From: Octopus sinensis
Taxonomy: Eukaryota
Direction of reading: 5' to 3'
Assembly: GCF_006345805.1 (NCBI RefSeq)
Contig: NC_042998.1
Coordinates: forward strand, 182,776,001-182,840,000
Length of the DNA stretch: 64,000 nt
The notes beneath the pieces were generated by a model, which was not told where the DNA came from, searched no databases, and saw only the letters and a program-made list of their open reading frames with translations. A program made the position numbers and the translations under genes. The stretch's first letter is position 1. Each line of letters opens with the position of its first letter. Shown here piece after piece: positions 40,273-53,065 of the stretch.

Positions 40273-40790
40273 ATGTATAAAAGAAACATTTAATAGATAA
40301 AAAATACATATAAATTTGTAACATCATCTACTTTCATAGAGAACAATATCACTTTCTGATGTATCGTGTCTAAAGAATAGATTGCATTCACGAAGCGGTT
40401 GGGGAATATAAAAATGACTGAAAAAATAATCATTCAGCGATTTATCTGAAATTATTGAAATGATAGTCCTTCCTCCACCCCAGTTACACTGCTAGTCATA
40501 GGAAGTATCTATTGATAGATAAGGGGATGGATAGGAAAAGTTGTTAGAGTAAGTCCTATAATGCCTTGCGATATTTATTCCGACTCTGCATTCAAATTCC
40601 GGTGAAGTCAAGATATCTTTAATCCTTTCAAGGACAAGAAAAAAGATAGAACCAACCCAGAGCATTGAATTAGTGAAACTATTAAAGTGTGGGACGAGAC
40701 GCCTTGTGATCTTGGATCAACACCTTCGATATTGTTCCTAGCTGTACTGGCCCAAGAGCAGCGATCATTTCCCTTGAACAGTATTAATAG

Positions 40791-40949
40791 CAGAGGCGGA
40801 ATTGAGCCATCGGTCAATTGGACACTGCCCAAGGGTCCGGAGCTCTGAGGGGCTCACACTCAATATGCTAACTCTACTAAAACACACTTTCAAAGGAGCC
40901 CGGTAAACAGTTATGCCCGAGGGCCCTTAATACTCACAGTCCGTCCCTG
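40791..40949. mobile_element. hAT-type MITE
   Basis: Imperfect TIR CAGAGGCGGA / TCCGTCCCTG; 8 bp TSD ATTAATAG / ATTAGTAG. Confidence 0.75.
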
Positions 40950-41094
40950 ATTAGTAGTGTGACAAAAGAAAATTAGCATGTACGAGCAACTGTCGATCTT
41001 CTATAAAATGAAACATTACCCAGATTTGCATACAAGTGCAAACGTATAGCTAACACTTACTGACAGGGTATCTAAGACAACATTATCTAACATA

Positions 41095-41315
41095 TAATGG
41101 TTTCAAATTTTGGCACAGGGCCAGTAGTTTTTAAAGAAAGCGGGTAAGTTGATTATATCGACCCCGGTACTTGACTGGTACATATTTCATCAACTCCGAA
41201 AAAACGAAAGGCAAAATTGACCTTGGTGGAATTTGAACTCAGAACGTAAAGATAGACGAAATGCTGCTAAGCATTTTGCCCGGTGTGGCAAGGGTTCTGC
41301 CAGCTCGATGCCTTA
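41095..41315 (-). mobile_element. SINE family B, diverged
   Basis: Reverse-complement homology. Confidence 0.8.
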
Positions 41316-42127
41316 CCGTCTAATATATGATACAATAATAATTGATATTAGAGACTTCAGTTGTAGATCACTCCCAGGCTATCCTAGAATCTAAAGTTAT
41401 CACCTTCCCATTGTATTTTTATCAATAAGGTATCCAAGACTAAATTACCCTGGGTACAAATGTCTCTTTTTCCGTCAGTTAGGAACGACAAACCTGCCTT
41501 TCACAGCCCAATATGAACAATTCGTTCTTATACTAGAACGGCTAAGAACATGTTTACTGATGTGCGTGAAGCTCGGTCAAACTAGAATTAAATAAAAATG
41601 CATGAAGCAACGTTGAATAAATCATTAGTGTAAAATTATATTTAACACGTTACAGTACACTCGGATGTGGGAAGATCTCTTGCGGCAGCATGGTCTCAAG
41701 AGGGAAATTTTCTTCCAAGACGACATGTGTGAAAATACAGTGGGCTGTAAATGACATCATTCGATCGTAGGACACATGCGTTTCTGCGTTCTTTTACGCT
41801 GCCCAACTACGAACACCAATTCTGCTTTTCATGGCTTCACACGACCGTGTTAAACACGACTTCACACGACTATATTTTATTCAATGCTGATTCCTGCGCC
41901 TTCTTTTATTTACTTTATTTAAAAGCAAAAGATGCAAATGCAGAGTAATAAGTAAGTATCCAGACAGCCAGGTTCCCGTCTCGGTTTTATGTCCCATTGA
42001 AAGTTATGTTTCCTATTACTGTGTTCTAAGATATTCAAAACAACGTTGCCCCCTCCCATCACCAAAAGTTTTGAACTCAGAATATACTGGTACAAAGTTA
42101 ATGATTGTAAAACATCATGTCCAATAT

Positions 42128-42359
42128 ATATTTCTTTACTACCCACAATGGGCTAAACATAGAGGGGACAAACAAGGACAGACAAACGGATTAAGTCGAT
42201 TACATCGACCCCAGTGCGAAACTGGTACTTTATTTATCGACCCCGAAAGGATGAAAGACAAAGTCAACCTCGGCGGAATTCGAACTCAGAACGTAACGAC
42301 AGACGAAATACCGCTAAGCATTTCGCCCTGCGCGCTAACGTTTCTGCCAGCTCGCCGCC
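42128..42359 (-). mobile_element. SINE family B, full length
   Basis: Reverse-complement homology. Confidence 0.92.
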
Positions 42360-43189
42360 TTGCATGTCCAATATACTTTAGGGTCTCGTATGACCGAAGT
42401 ATCAGGTGAGACTGGTGGGGGTACAAGAGTGTTAATCTCGCGATCGTTTATCGTAATTCTTGTAATGTCGTAATGGTCTGTGATTCTTCGGCTGCTTTTG
42501 TTGAGAAGGTTAAAAAAAAAAGAAGAAAAAGAAAGAAGGAAGAAAAGAAAAATTCTGAAGACAAGCAGAATTGAAAATCAAAATCAAATTTATCTCCTGG
42601 TTATTTATGATAATAATAGCAAGACTAGAGACCCATAACAAATTGCAGAGTATTTTATTAGACACACATGACCACAAATAGTACATCATCTTAACAGTAA
42701 GTAGACAAAAGTTGGCTTCAAGGCTATAATAATTTATATAAATAATAGAATTATGTGAACCTTCGAGGATACAGTAATTATATGTAAGTGAACAATATTG
42801 GAAAAAAATATTTCATTGTCTTGACTTTCAATGTACAGCATAATAATTATAAATTGAAATGCCGAAGTGTTATTTTTGAAACCCTAGAGTCGGTTGCTGT
42901 ATGCGTAATAAATTAAATTTCATAATTTTAACCGAAAACAAAATTGAATTTTACACAAGCGTCTACAATAATTTCTGACATTGGCACAGTTACACTTTTT
43001 TGAGCAAATGTAGAGTGTATTAAATTTGGCTTGACCCGCAGTCCTAATGGTACTGATTTGATTCTTGGTTTTATCTGGTCACTGAAATAGAACGAATTTC
43101 AAGTCAGAATATCATGGCACCTAATACTGCATTCATGCAGTTCCGTTTCCAACGCAAGTGAAACTTTATAGACAAAGGCAATTCAGATT

Positions 43190-43744
43190 ATTATTGAGTC
43201 AGGGAGCAGTGCATGCCATCAAAGTGACACTGGGGTAAAATATACAAAGCCCAGTATACCCATCATGACTACCCGTCTGATAAGGATACACTAGGCACAT
43301 GCATCACAACCATATGTGTGCGACATGGTGATAAACAGTACATGACCTTGCAGGTGGGGCCCAGTTACAATTTTCTTCTGATCGAGTAGCCCATCTTGCT
43401 CAAAAGGTCTCTGAATAAGGGTTGTTTAAGGATATTGAATGAAACACCCATGTTTCCAGAGGTGAATTATTCAAACACCTCTCAACACATGGCTATGATG
43501 CTCCCCCCACTACTTCTGCTCGTGATCAGAGATGCACATATGATCAGGCACTAAGGGACATGGTCAACTGGTTAAGGTCAAACAACTGACAAGCAAATCT
43601 GTGGTATTGAGCAGAATATTTGCTGTAGCCCATCTTTTATACCAAGACAAAACAATGTACATGATAACACTTCCAATCAGTTAAGATCAGAAGCCATGAG
43701 AGCCACTGTCTGGTACTTCATCAGGGCATAATTATTATGCCCTG

Positions 43745-43745
<1 letters not shown>
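43190..43745 (-). mobile_element. (TAA)n-flanked non-coding retroposon-like element
   Basis: ~550 bp GC-richer block bounded by ATTATTATT at both ends; no ORF; small 5' fold-back. Confidence 0.5.
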
Positions 43746-43798
<53 letters not shown>

Positions 43799-44513
43799 TG
43801 GATTTTTCTTTCTGCTGTTCCTTTCTTTTGTCTATATTGATTTCTCACATTGACAAAAGACGAATTTTATGAAGAAATACTATCGATTAAATAGAAACGA
43901 TATTACTGGTACTTATCGATCTCTAAGAAATGAAAGATAACTTAATGTGGAAACAATTCGAACTTGGAACGTAGAGGGACAGAGATAAATATATTAAAAG
44001 TCAGATCTGGTACACTGTAGTTTTGTCATCATCCGGACAGTAAGTATCGAAAACCTAAAGTAAATCACAAGCCCCGATCACTTTCTCTCTTCCATACATA
44101 ATTATTAATAATTTAACAGTTATTAAGAGATAAAGGACAAAACTGACCTACACAAGTTTTGAATTCGGAATGTAAACGGTCAGACCGAAAACTTATCCAA
44201 CATTTAGTCTAGCATTTTGCAACTTTTTTCTGTCTGTTTGCTGCCAACAACGTTTGTATTCTAGAATACAGACAAAAGGAGTTTGGCGCTAGTAGAGAGA
44301 TTGTTAGCTTAAATATTTTATGGTAATGTGTGTTTTGTTCTTCTGAATTCAAGTCCCACCAGTGTTGGCTTTAAATTTAATCCCTCTGGCGTTCATAACA
44401 TTTGTTTTATTCATTCCACTCATCAGAACGATGGTCATTAACTATGTCTTTCGTGATTAGAAGTACAGACAAACATGCTCTCAACCCTACTGACTTCAAA
44501 GAATGCAGAAATA

Positions 44514-44745
44514 GCGGCGAGCTGGCAGAAACGTTAGCACGCCGGGCGAAATGCTTAGCGGTATTTCGTCTGCCGTTACGTTGTGAGTTCAAATTCTGCC
44601 GAGGTCGACTTTGCCTTTCATCCCTTCGGGGTCGATTAAATAAGTACCAGTTTCGCACTGGGGTCGATATAATCGACTTAATCCATTTGTCTGTCCTTGT
44701 TTGTCCCCTCTGTGTCTAGCCCCTTGTAGGCAGTAAAGAAATAAG
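44514..44745 (+). mobile_element. SINE family B, full length
   Basis: Homology to the other family B copies. Confidence 0.92.
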
Positions 44746-45834
44746 AATGCAGAAATAGAGGTTATAACATTCAGGCTTTTCAATGAACCTTTACCACAAT
44801 TAAGTAACAACAATCAAGAATTGAACCAGAGTTGCAAATATAAGTCGCAGGGAATTTATTATATACACTGTGACGCTTGTCACGTATAACACAAGTACCG
44901 AAAACAAAGTAAGGAAAGCAACCAATTCCAAATAAAAAGGGTTTGTCTTAAATCTTTGCTTGTCCTCACATGCAATGCACAGGACATATTTCCTTAGACT
45001 CCATGCACCATATATGATACACAATCCCAATTTTTTTTCACCTACCAGAGCAAATACGTTCTGAGTTCAAATTCGACGAGGTCGACTTAGCCTTTTATCC
45101 TCTCGAGGTCGATAAAACAAGTACCAGTTGATCACTTTTATAACTCAGAACGTATGGAACAAGAGTTAACTAAAATTCTGAAAACAGGGAAAGATACTCA
45201 GAACAAAGTTACGAAAATGCTTTAGAGAGGCAAAGGGTTAAGAATCAATACCATTATTATTGTGATGGTTTCCTTCGTGAAGCGATATATTCGCAGCATT
45301 ATGTCCCTATGCTATGGTTTCGGTTCACTGTTGCAATTGTTTCATTTATCGTACAAATACTTTCAGGAAATGTTTGTTAGTACTAATTTCCAAATACCTC
45401 CCACACTGAAATGAAATACTGTTCGTGTTGTCACTGTAGCAGCAGATGTGGTTCTTCAATTAACAAATATAAATGGAACAATCACGAGGATATGTTACAT
45501 GACTAAAAATTAATTTCGTATTAAATAGGATTTGCATTCATAATGCTCGAAATATAATCAAATCGTAATTACACCTAAATTAATAAAACTTCACGTGTTA
45601 CGGAAAACAAATAGTTGTATATTTTAACTGCAATTTCCTCATTCTCTTCATTATCATCAATTCTTAAGAGTCAACGGATATTTTGAGTTGAATCATAGCC
45701 AAAAGGGGTCTTTTATATGCAATTTTTCGTCTTTCCGTGCTCTTCCAACATAAATATTAAGTAAACAAAAATAACCAAACATGTTTTATAATGATATTAT
45801 ATAAACGAGTAAGACACTTTATTTCACGTTGCTC

Positions 45835-46040
45835 CAGTCCACTCAGCTGGCAAAAATGAGTTGTACTTGTACTTCAAAGGGTCAGCCTTGTCACTCTCTG
45901 TGTCACGCTGATTATCCCCGAGAACTACGTTAAGGGTACACGTGTCTGTGGAATGCTCAGTCATTTGCACGTTAATTTCACGAGCAAGCTGTTCCGTTGA
46001 TCGTATCAGCTGGGACCCTCGTCGTCGTAACCGGCGGAGT
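45835..46040 (+). mobile_element. SINE family C-related 3' portion
   Basis: GTCACGCTGATTATCCCCGAGAACTACGTTAAGGG..CGTCGTCGTAACCGG. Confidence 0.8.
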
Positions 46041-46211
46041 CTTTAAATAAACGAGTGAAATATTTTAAAAATCATACACACACACACACACACACACACA
46101 CCACACACACACACATGCATATAATCTAACTGAAATACCCAGAGTTGCTCGGACTGAGGAGACAGAGAATTGTCAATGTTGCAACATAATTTACGACAAT
46201 TTTATAATCAG

Positions 46212-46600
46212 CAGTGGCTGTGTGGCAAGTAGCTTGCTAACCAACCACATGGTTCTGGGTTCAGTCCCACTGCGTGGCATCTTGGGCAAGTGTCTTCTGC
46301 TATAGCTCCGAACCGACCAATGCCTTGTGAGTGGATTTGGTAGACGGAAACTGAAAGAAGCCTGTCGTATATGTATATATATGTATGTATGTGTATGTGT
46401 TTGTGTGTCTGTGTTTGTCCCCCTAGCATTGCTTGACAACCGATGCTGGTGTGTTTACGTCACCGTCACTTAGCGGTTCGGCAAAAGACCGATAGAATAA
46501 GTACTGGGCTTACAAAGAATAAGTCCCGGGGTCGAGTTGCTCGATTAAAGGCGGTGCTCCAGCATGGCCGCAGTCAAATGACTGAAACAAGTAAAAGAGA
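46212..46600 (+). mobile_element. SINE family A, full length
   Basis: Homology to the other family A copies. Confidence 0.92.
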
Positions 46601-46629
46601 GAAAGAGAGAGAAACCTTCTGGACAGACC

Positions 46630-46850
46630 ATAGACAGAATATTGGTTTGAAATTTTGGTGCCAGGCCAGCAACGTCGTGCGAGAGAGGTAAGTCGATTAC
46701 ATCGACCTCAGTGATCAAATGGTACTTGTTTTATCGACCTCGAGAGGATAAAAGGCAAAGTCGACCTCGTCGAATTTGAACTCAGAACGTAACGACGTAC
46801 GAAATGCCGCTAAGCATTTGCTCCGCGTACTAACGATTCTGCCAACTCAC
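46630..46850 (-). mobile_element. SINE family B, diverged
   Basis: Reverse-complement homology. Confidence 0.8.
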
Positions 46851-47620
46851 CGCGTAAACCAGAGAAAGCATATTAGATCAAGTATACCACATAGCATTTA
46901 TACGAATCTGGAAAAAATAGAAAAAAAAAGAAAAAATTTCCGTTTCTTCTTTGCTTAACCCATAACTTCTACCAAAAATTCTAAAATCTAAACTCTAAAA
47001 CTTAACCTTGTTCTGTAATGCTAATTCATAATCACTGACCCTACATCTAAAAACTTCTTTTAGAATCATAATCCCCTATGTCTAAAAGAGAATTCTAAAC
47101 ATAGGTTTCAAAGAAAACAATTCCAAGGCCTTATGCCGGTAACTCCACTACAACAATGAGAAGAGAAAACGAAAGAAATTTGTAGAATATCGTAATTTCT
47201 GATGCTTAAATTCTAGAAACCGAAAAGATTAAAATAATATATATATATATGTATATTTTCAAAATGTGACTGCGTGTGTATCGTTGGCGATTTTTTCCTC
47301 CGTCTTCTCTTCTTTGGATCTTTCCTTTCCTGAGCGTCCAATAACACTATACTTGTTCCACGTCCTCGCGTTGTTGTGTTTTCTCTTTGTGTTTTCATGT
47401 TTGGATTAACAATATATATATATATATATATACTAAGCAATAAGGGTTTAGCAACGAGTTGCCTTACCACATACCGAATTTAGAAATAGCAGTCAAAGGG
47501 TTATAGCTATTTCTTCTACTAAAAAGGGAGATCTCAGTAAAAACAGCATTGGAAGGCACAAACAGGTAAGAGAGAATGAATTGACTGCAATCTATCATAC
47601 ATTTTTTTAGTTATCCACGG

Positions 47621-47722
47621 ACGTACGTTTCGAAATCAAGTTTTAAGGAAAGCATACGAATAAATATTAAATATTAAATAATAATAATTCTATCTTACCG
47701 AAACTTCTTTTCTCTTCAGCGT
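47621..47722 (-). ncRNA. Type I hammerhead ribozyme candidate, canonical core, long loop II
   Basis: ACG-CUGAAGA-GAAA..UUUC-GAAA-CG-UA-CGU: 3 bp helix I, 4 bp helix II, palindromic ACGU helix III, GUA site; adjoins (TA)n. Confidence 0.6.
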
Positions 47723-47742
47723 AGAATACATAATCATAAATG

Positions 47743-47749
<7 letters not shown>

Positions 47750-47834
<85 letters not shown>

Positions 47835-47863
47835 CAGATAGATAGATAGATAGATAGATAGAT

Positions 47864-47901
<38 letters not shown>

Positions 47902-47902
47902 C

Positions 47903-47967
<65 letters not shown>

Positions 47968-47968
47968 T
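47750..47968. repeat. (TA)n(GA)n(GATA)n compound microsatellite
   Basis: Directly visible. Confidence 0.95.
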
Positions 47969-47974
47969 TCTTTC

Positions 47975-48348
47975 ATCTTTTACTTGTTTCAGTCAATAGA
48001 CTGTGGTCATGTTAGAGCCCCACCTTCAAGAATTTTTAGTCAAATGAATCGACTCCAGTACTTAGGCATTTTGGTACTTATTCTGCAGAACTGCTAAGTT
48101 ACGGAAACGTAAGCACACCAATACTGGTTGTCAAGCGTTGATGGGTGACATGCACGCGCATGCGCTCACACACATATACGTATATACGACAGGCTTCTTT
48201 CCGTTTCCAGCTACCAAATCCACTCACAAGGATTTAGTCGACCCAGGGCTATAGTAGAAGACACTTGCTCAAGGTGCCGCGTAGTGGAACTGAACCCGAA
48301 ACCATGTGGTTGAGAAGCAAACCTATTGCCACACAGCCATACTTGCAC
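47975..48348 (-). mobile_element. SINE family A, diverged
   Basis: Reverse-complement homology. Confidence 0.8.
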
Positions 48349-48694
48349 CTATATTACAGGCGATGATGAGCCTGAAACGCATTGATGTAGCTCACAATTT
48401 CTGTAAAATGGGGAAAAAAAGCTCATGCAGATAGTTATGCGTTCGTTGATGCACCAGAACGTTAATCCCTGAGGTTTTACTCGGGCAACATCGGGTACTT
48501 CGGTTAGTATATACGTACACATGTGTATGCATTCGTGTGTGTGTGAGAGAGAGCGGAGTGTATCTATCTGCAAGAGTGTATGAGTGTGCATATTTATATG
48601 TGTGCACGAGTATCCGTTTATATGCATACCTGCACATGTGAGTATCCTGTATGTCACAGCGTATTTATTTTTAATTTTTAATTTATTTAATTTA

Positions 48695-49037
48695 ATTTTT
48701 ATTGGCTCAAAAAGCAAAAGCAAGGTCATGTAGGGGGACAGGGAGTTATGTACTGGGAGGATGGTCATACAAAGAGTTCAGGCCATTTCCGGTCAAAAGA
48801 GACTTTGAACCGAGCGGTCGTCGGCATCTTCACTATCTCGTCCGGCAGCTTATTCCACGGATCCGCAACCCGGACGGAGAAAGCCCCTCTCCTTCGATTG
48901 AGATGAAATCGTCGTAGATAGAGCTTTTCGGAGTGACTCCGCAGCCCACGCTCTGGAGCAGGAGTGAAGAACAGCTCTTTCGAGGGGTTACACTTTCCGC
49001 TTACGATGTTGTAAGCGAGAATGAGATCACCACGGCG
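48695..49037 (-). pseudogene. CR1-clade LINE 3' end
   Basis: RRGDLILAYNIV..RSHSEKLYLRRFHLNRRRGAFSVRVADPWNKLPDEIV..FKVSFDRKW, uninterrupted to the stop. Confidence 0.9.
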
Positions 49038-49064
49038 TATGTGTGTATGTGTGTATGCATATGC

Positions 49065-49282
49065 ACGATGGGGCGCTGAAGAGTTTCTGGCTTTAAGGGT
49101 ATCATGAAAGGCCTGGTTGGAGGCCCAACCTTCTTAGTTCTTTTACAGGGCTTAGAAAAACTGAAGGACCGCTGCAATAAGTGTGTGAATCTGAGAGGGA
49201 AATATGCTGAATAAAATCATGATTAACTGATCTTCCTGTATTTTCTTTTACCCGAAGCCTCGAACTTTTCAGCACCCTTTGT
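49065..49282 (+). mobile_element. Mariner-derived MITE
   Basis: Inverted ends ACGATGGGGCGCTGAAGAGTTT / AACTTTTCAGCACCCTTTGT; internal GLEKLKDRCNKCVNLRG resembles a mariner C-terminus. Confidence 0.7.
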
Positions 49283-49327
49283 ATATGAATATTTCTTTTC
49301 ATATATACACGGCTAGTTGGCCGAACT

Positions 49328-49718
49328 GTGGAAGCACTCCGTCGGTTACGACGATGAGGGTTCCGGTTGATCCGAATCAACGGAACAGCCTGCTCGTGAA
49401 ATTAACGTGTAAGTGGCTGAGCACTCCACAGATACATGTACCCTCAAAACGTAGTTCTCGGGGATATTCAGCGTGACACAGAGAGTGACAAGGCTGGCCC
49501 CTTGAAATACAGGTACAACAGAAACAGGAAGAAAGAGTGAGAGAAATTTGTGGTGAAAGAGTACAGCAGGGATCACCACCATCCCCTGCCGGAGCCTCGT
49601 GGAGCTTTTTAGGTGTTTTCGCTCAATAAACACTCACAACGCCCGGTCTGGGAATCGAAACCGCGATCCTATGACCGCGAGTCCGCTGCCCTAACCACTG
49701 GGCCATTGCGCCTCCACA
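49328..49718 (-). mobile_element. SINE family C, full length with 14 bp TSD
   Basis: TSD TAGTTGGCCGAACT at 49314-49327 and 49719-49732. Confidence 0.95.
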
Positions 49719-49961
49719 TAGTTGGCCGAACTACTGCCTAGAGTTACTGTTTCTGCGCCTCCTTCAACTACTCCTTTTCGAATTTCGGAGTTTTCCATAT
49801 CCTTTAACATCATTCTCCTTTCTCACTTTGAAACCTCATTTACCTCACGCTAATACTCTTGCAGCCTTTCGGAGATACTCGAGATTTTTAGGTCTAGTTC
49901 AATTTTCTAGGTGTTAGAATAACACACATACATACATGCATACATACATACATACATTATT

Positions 49962-50285
49962 ATGGCTGCCCCCTCATTATCGAGTATGGCCATTGCACGA
50001 AGCTTAACTGTTACTGGTGCTATGATCGAATGTGACATTTTAGCCCAGCTAAAGATCTACAATGTCTTATACAAAATTGGCAACTAAAACCTTTACTGGT
50101 AATAGCCGGCTGTAGTTGTAACTGAGCTTCATGTACCTTTGCATGTCGTTTAAGTCCTCCTGCCGAATTATACTCTCTTCCACATGCCTGACAGATATGA
50201 TTAGTATGGTGTGTCACACCACCACTAGTGGCCAGGTTGTCACTCATCTGTTTCGTTTTATGTCTACGAAGATGACTCTTGAGTC
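49962..50285 (-). pseudogene. RTE-clade LINE 3' end with C2H2 zinc-finger motifs
   Basis: YGLKSHLRRH; CQACGREYNSAGGLKRHAKVH; CQFCIRHCRSLAGLKCHIRS*; short 3' UTR ending GGGGCAGCCATAATAAT. Confidence 0.7.
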
Positions 50286-50289
50286 CGTA

Positions 50290-50880
50290 CATACATACAT
50301 ACATACGTACTACATACATACATACATACATACATACATACATACATACATACATACATAATACATACATAAATACAAGACATACAAAGAACACATATGC
50401 ATTCACCATACATACGTAGACACATACATGCACATATGCATACATATATACAAATACACACACACACGCACACACGCACGCACAAGCATACAACACATAT
50501 ACGATATATACGTAGACATACATACACGCACATGTGCATACATACGTACATACATACATACATACATACTTAAACACACACACATACATACATACCTACA
50601 TACATACATACAAACATATGCACATAGGTACGTGCGTACATACATACATACATACATACATACATACATACATACATACATACATACATACACACATACA
50701 TACATACATACCTACATACATACATACAAACATATGCACATACACATGCATAGGTACGTGCGTACATACATACATACATACATACATACACATACATACA
50801 TACATACATACATACATACATACATACATACATAAATACATACATAAATACATACATACATATATACATACACACATACA
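50290..50880. repeat. (TACA)n compound microsatellite
   Basis: Directly visible. Confidence 0.95.
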
Positions 50881-51385
50881 TATGAATTTTTTGCGTAATG
50901 AGATAAAAAAACCAAGGCTGTATAGATATTAATCTCCGAAATACTCTAAAAATACTTTAAACACAAACCTTGAATCTGCTACATTCTATATAAATTCCCT
51001 ACTGGGAATGACCAACATTAAGAGAATCTTACATTGCTTATAAACTTTACATCTGGATGGACTCATATTAAACTCTGTTGGACTTTGGGATTTTACTCAA
51101 AGGATATTGGAATATTACACTTATATACCATTATGCCTATAAAACGGATTTATGAACTCAATAACCATACATATCTTACAGCTATTTTCTTTCCTCCACC
51201 TCACTCTCTATTTTGTATCACATCGAAACTAACTATGACATACATTTTTCCTCTCACAACGTCTCCGATGAAGGGATATTATTAATTAATATCCGAGAAA
51301 CAGCTGTAAGACCTTCTATCTATAAATGCTCTAATATCTATACAGCCTTGGTTTTTTTGTTATCTCATTACGCAAAAAATTCATA
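50881..51385 (+). mobile_element. Penelope-like fragment with inverted ends and hammerhead
   Basis: 50881-50931 inverted at 51332-51385; hammerhead at 51261-51312. Confidence 0.7.
51261..51312 (+). ncRNA. Type I hammerhead ribozyme, C4 core variant
   Basis: GUCU-CCGAUGA-agGGAUAUU(auuaauu)AAUAUCCga-GAAA-CAGCUG-UA-AGAC: 4 bp helix I, palindromic helix III, GUA site. Confidence 0.65.
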
Positions 51386-51429
51386 TATACACACGCTGAC
51401 ATAGAACCAACGTTGAACCCTTTATTTGT

Positions 51430-51830
51430 AATATTACCGAATCTGGAACTTAACTATGGTCTGTCTATAGCACTTATTCAGCATTACCTGACACCTTTGG
51501 GTCTCATTGACACCATTATCTCTTAAACATACATACATACATACATACATACATACATACATACATACATACATACATACATACATACATACATACATAC
51601 ATACATACATAGGCACGTACGTACATACATATATACATACATACCAAAATCATTAATAATAAGAGCAGCCTCTGCTAGACCTGCGCTAGATGCATCACAT
51701 CTCACAAGAATGGCTGTTCCTTTGCTGTTTATGAACAGGAGATAGCTACTAAACAAACACTTCATCAAAAAAAGAGATTAGGATGCCTCTCAGCAGTCAT
51801 CTTCTGATACAAAATGAATGTCAACTGAGC
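51430..51830 (-). pseudogene. Possible Gypsy RNase H relic split by (TACA)n
   Basis: [22 protein letters not shown] resembles the RNase H CDAS..GLGA motif; single-motif support. Confidence 0.3.
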
Positions 51831-51889
51831 CAGTGTGGTATGTATCTCCCACATCTTCAGCAATTGTCCAAAGAAAAAAAAGCCCGCAT

Positions 51890-52213
51890 AGGCACAGGCG
51901 TGGCTGTGTGGTAAGAAGCTTGCTTCACAGCCACATGGTTCTGGTTTCATTCCCGCTGAGTGGCACTTTAGGCAAGTGTCTTCTACTATAGGGAGAGTTT
52001 ACGAAAAGAAACAAAACAAAAGACGAAGACAGGTGGTGTACAAAACAAACAGATGTATTAGTATAACGCTCAGGAATAGAAAATGTATTTTACGTTTCGA
52101 ACCTACGCTCTTCTGCAGAAAGGGACACAGAAAAAACAAGGAGAGAAACTAGAAATATTCTAGATATAAAACTTTGTGAGTGGGTTTGGTAGACGGAAGC
52201 TGAAAGAAGCCCG

Positions 52214-52244
<31 letters not shown>

Positions 52245-52640
52245 ATTCACGATCGAAGGTGCAGAAATGCCGAACTCCGAATGAATAAAAAGGTGACGTA
52301 ATCCACTGGTTTACTCGAACGTATCGACCCCACTACTTATTTTCTTTAAAAGCCTGCGACATATTTTATCGGCCTATTTTGCCGAACTGCTAAGTTACTG
52401 GAGCATAAACAAGTCGACACCGTTTGTCAAGCAGTGGGAGAGGAACACAATGACACACACACACACTCAAACGCATATGCAAGAACTCCTTCAATTTCCG
52501 TCTAATAAATCCACTCGCAAGGCTTTGGTTGGCCCGGGACTATATTAGAAGATAGGTGCCCAAGGTGCCATGGAGTGGGACTGAACCCAGAACCATATGG
52601 TTGGGTTGAGAAGTGAACTTCTTACCAACAGCCACACCTG
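51890..52640. mobile_element. SINE family A pieces (both strands) with an inserted Penelope-like fragment at ~51990-52160
   Basis: SINE A head at 51891, resumes ~52170; minus-strand SINE A ~52330-52640; insert has GAGC..GUUC-GAAACGUA on the minus strand. Confidence 0.65.
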
Positions 52641-53065
52641 CGGATATAAATTATGCTTATTTATGTCTCCTCCTCACTGTTTGCCTATATTTTAGTGTTC
52701 GCATGAGTATATGAGTATTTGCCTATGTATATGTGTATTTCGGAACAACTGAGTAATCCTCACCCTACCACTACCACCACACATCCTTACACACACTAAA
52801 GCCACACTCTCAAGCACGTGCACGCGCACTTCCATCAACCAACAACTATACATCTTTTCCAATTAACCAGCTCGCCATAAAGCTGCAGAAGGCCAAGTCA
52901 AACAAGTTGCCAAAACAACTTCCCAGAATTAAAATATGAATCATGATATTCTTCAGAAAATATTATTACCTGTAATAGACAAAATATCTCCACAAAAACA
53001 TATCACTGTCTGATGGACCGGGAGATGAAACTGACGGTCACCTTCGACCTACTGAACCTCCCCAA

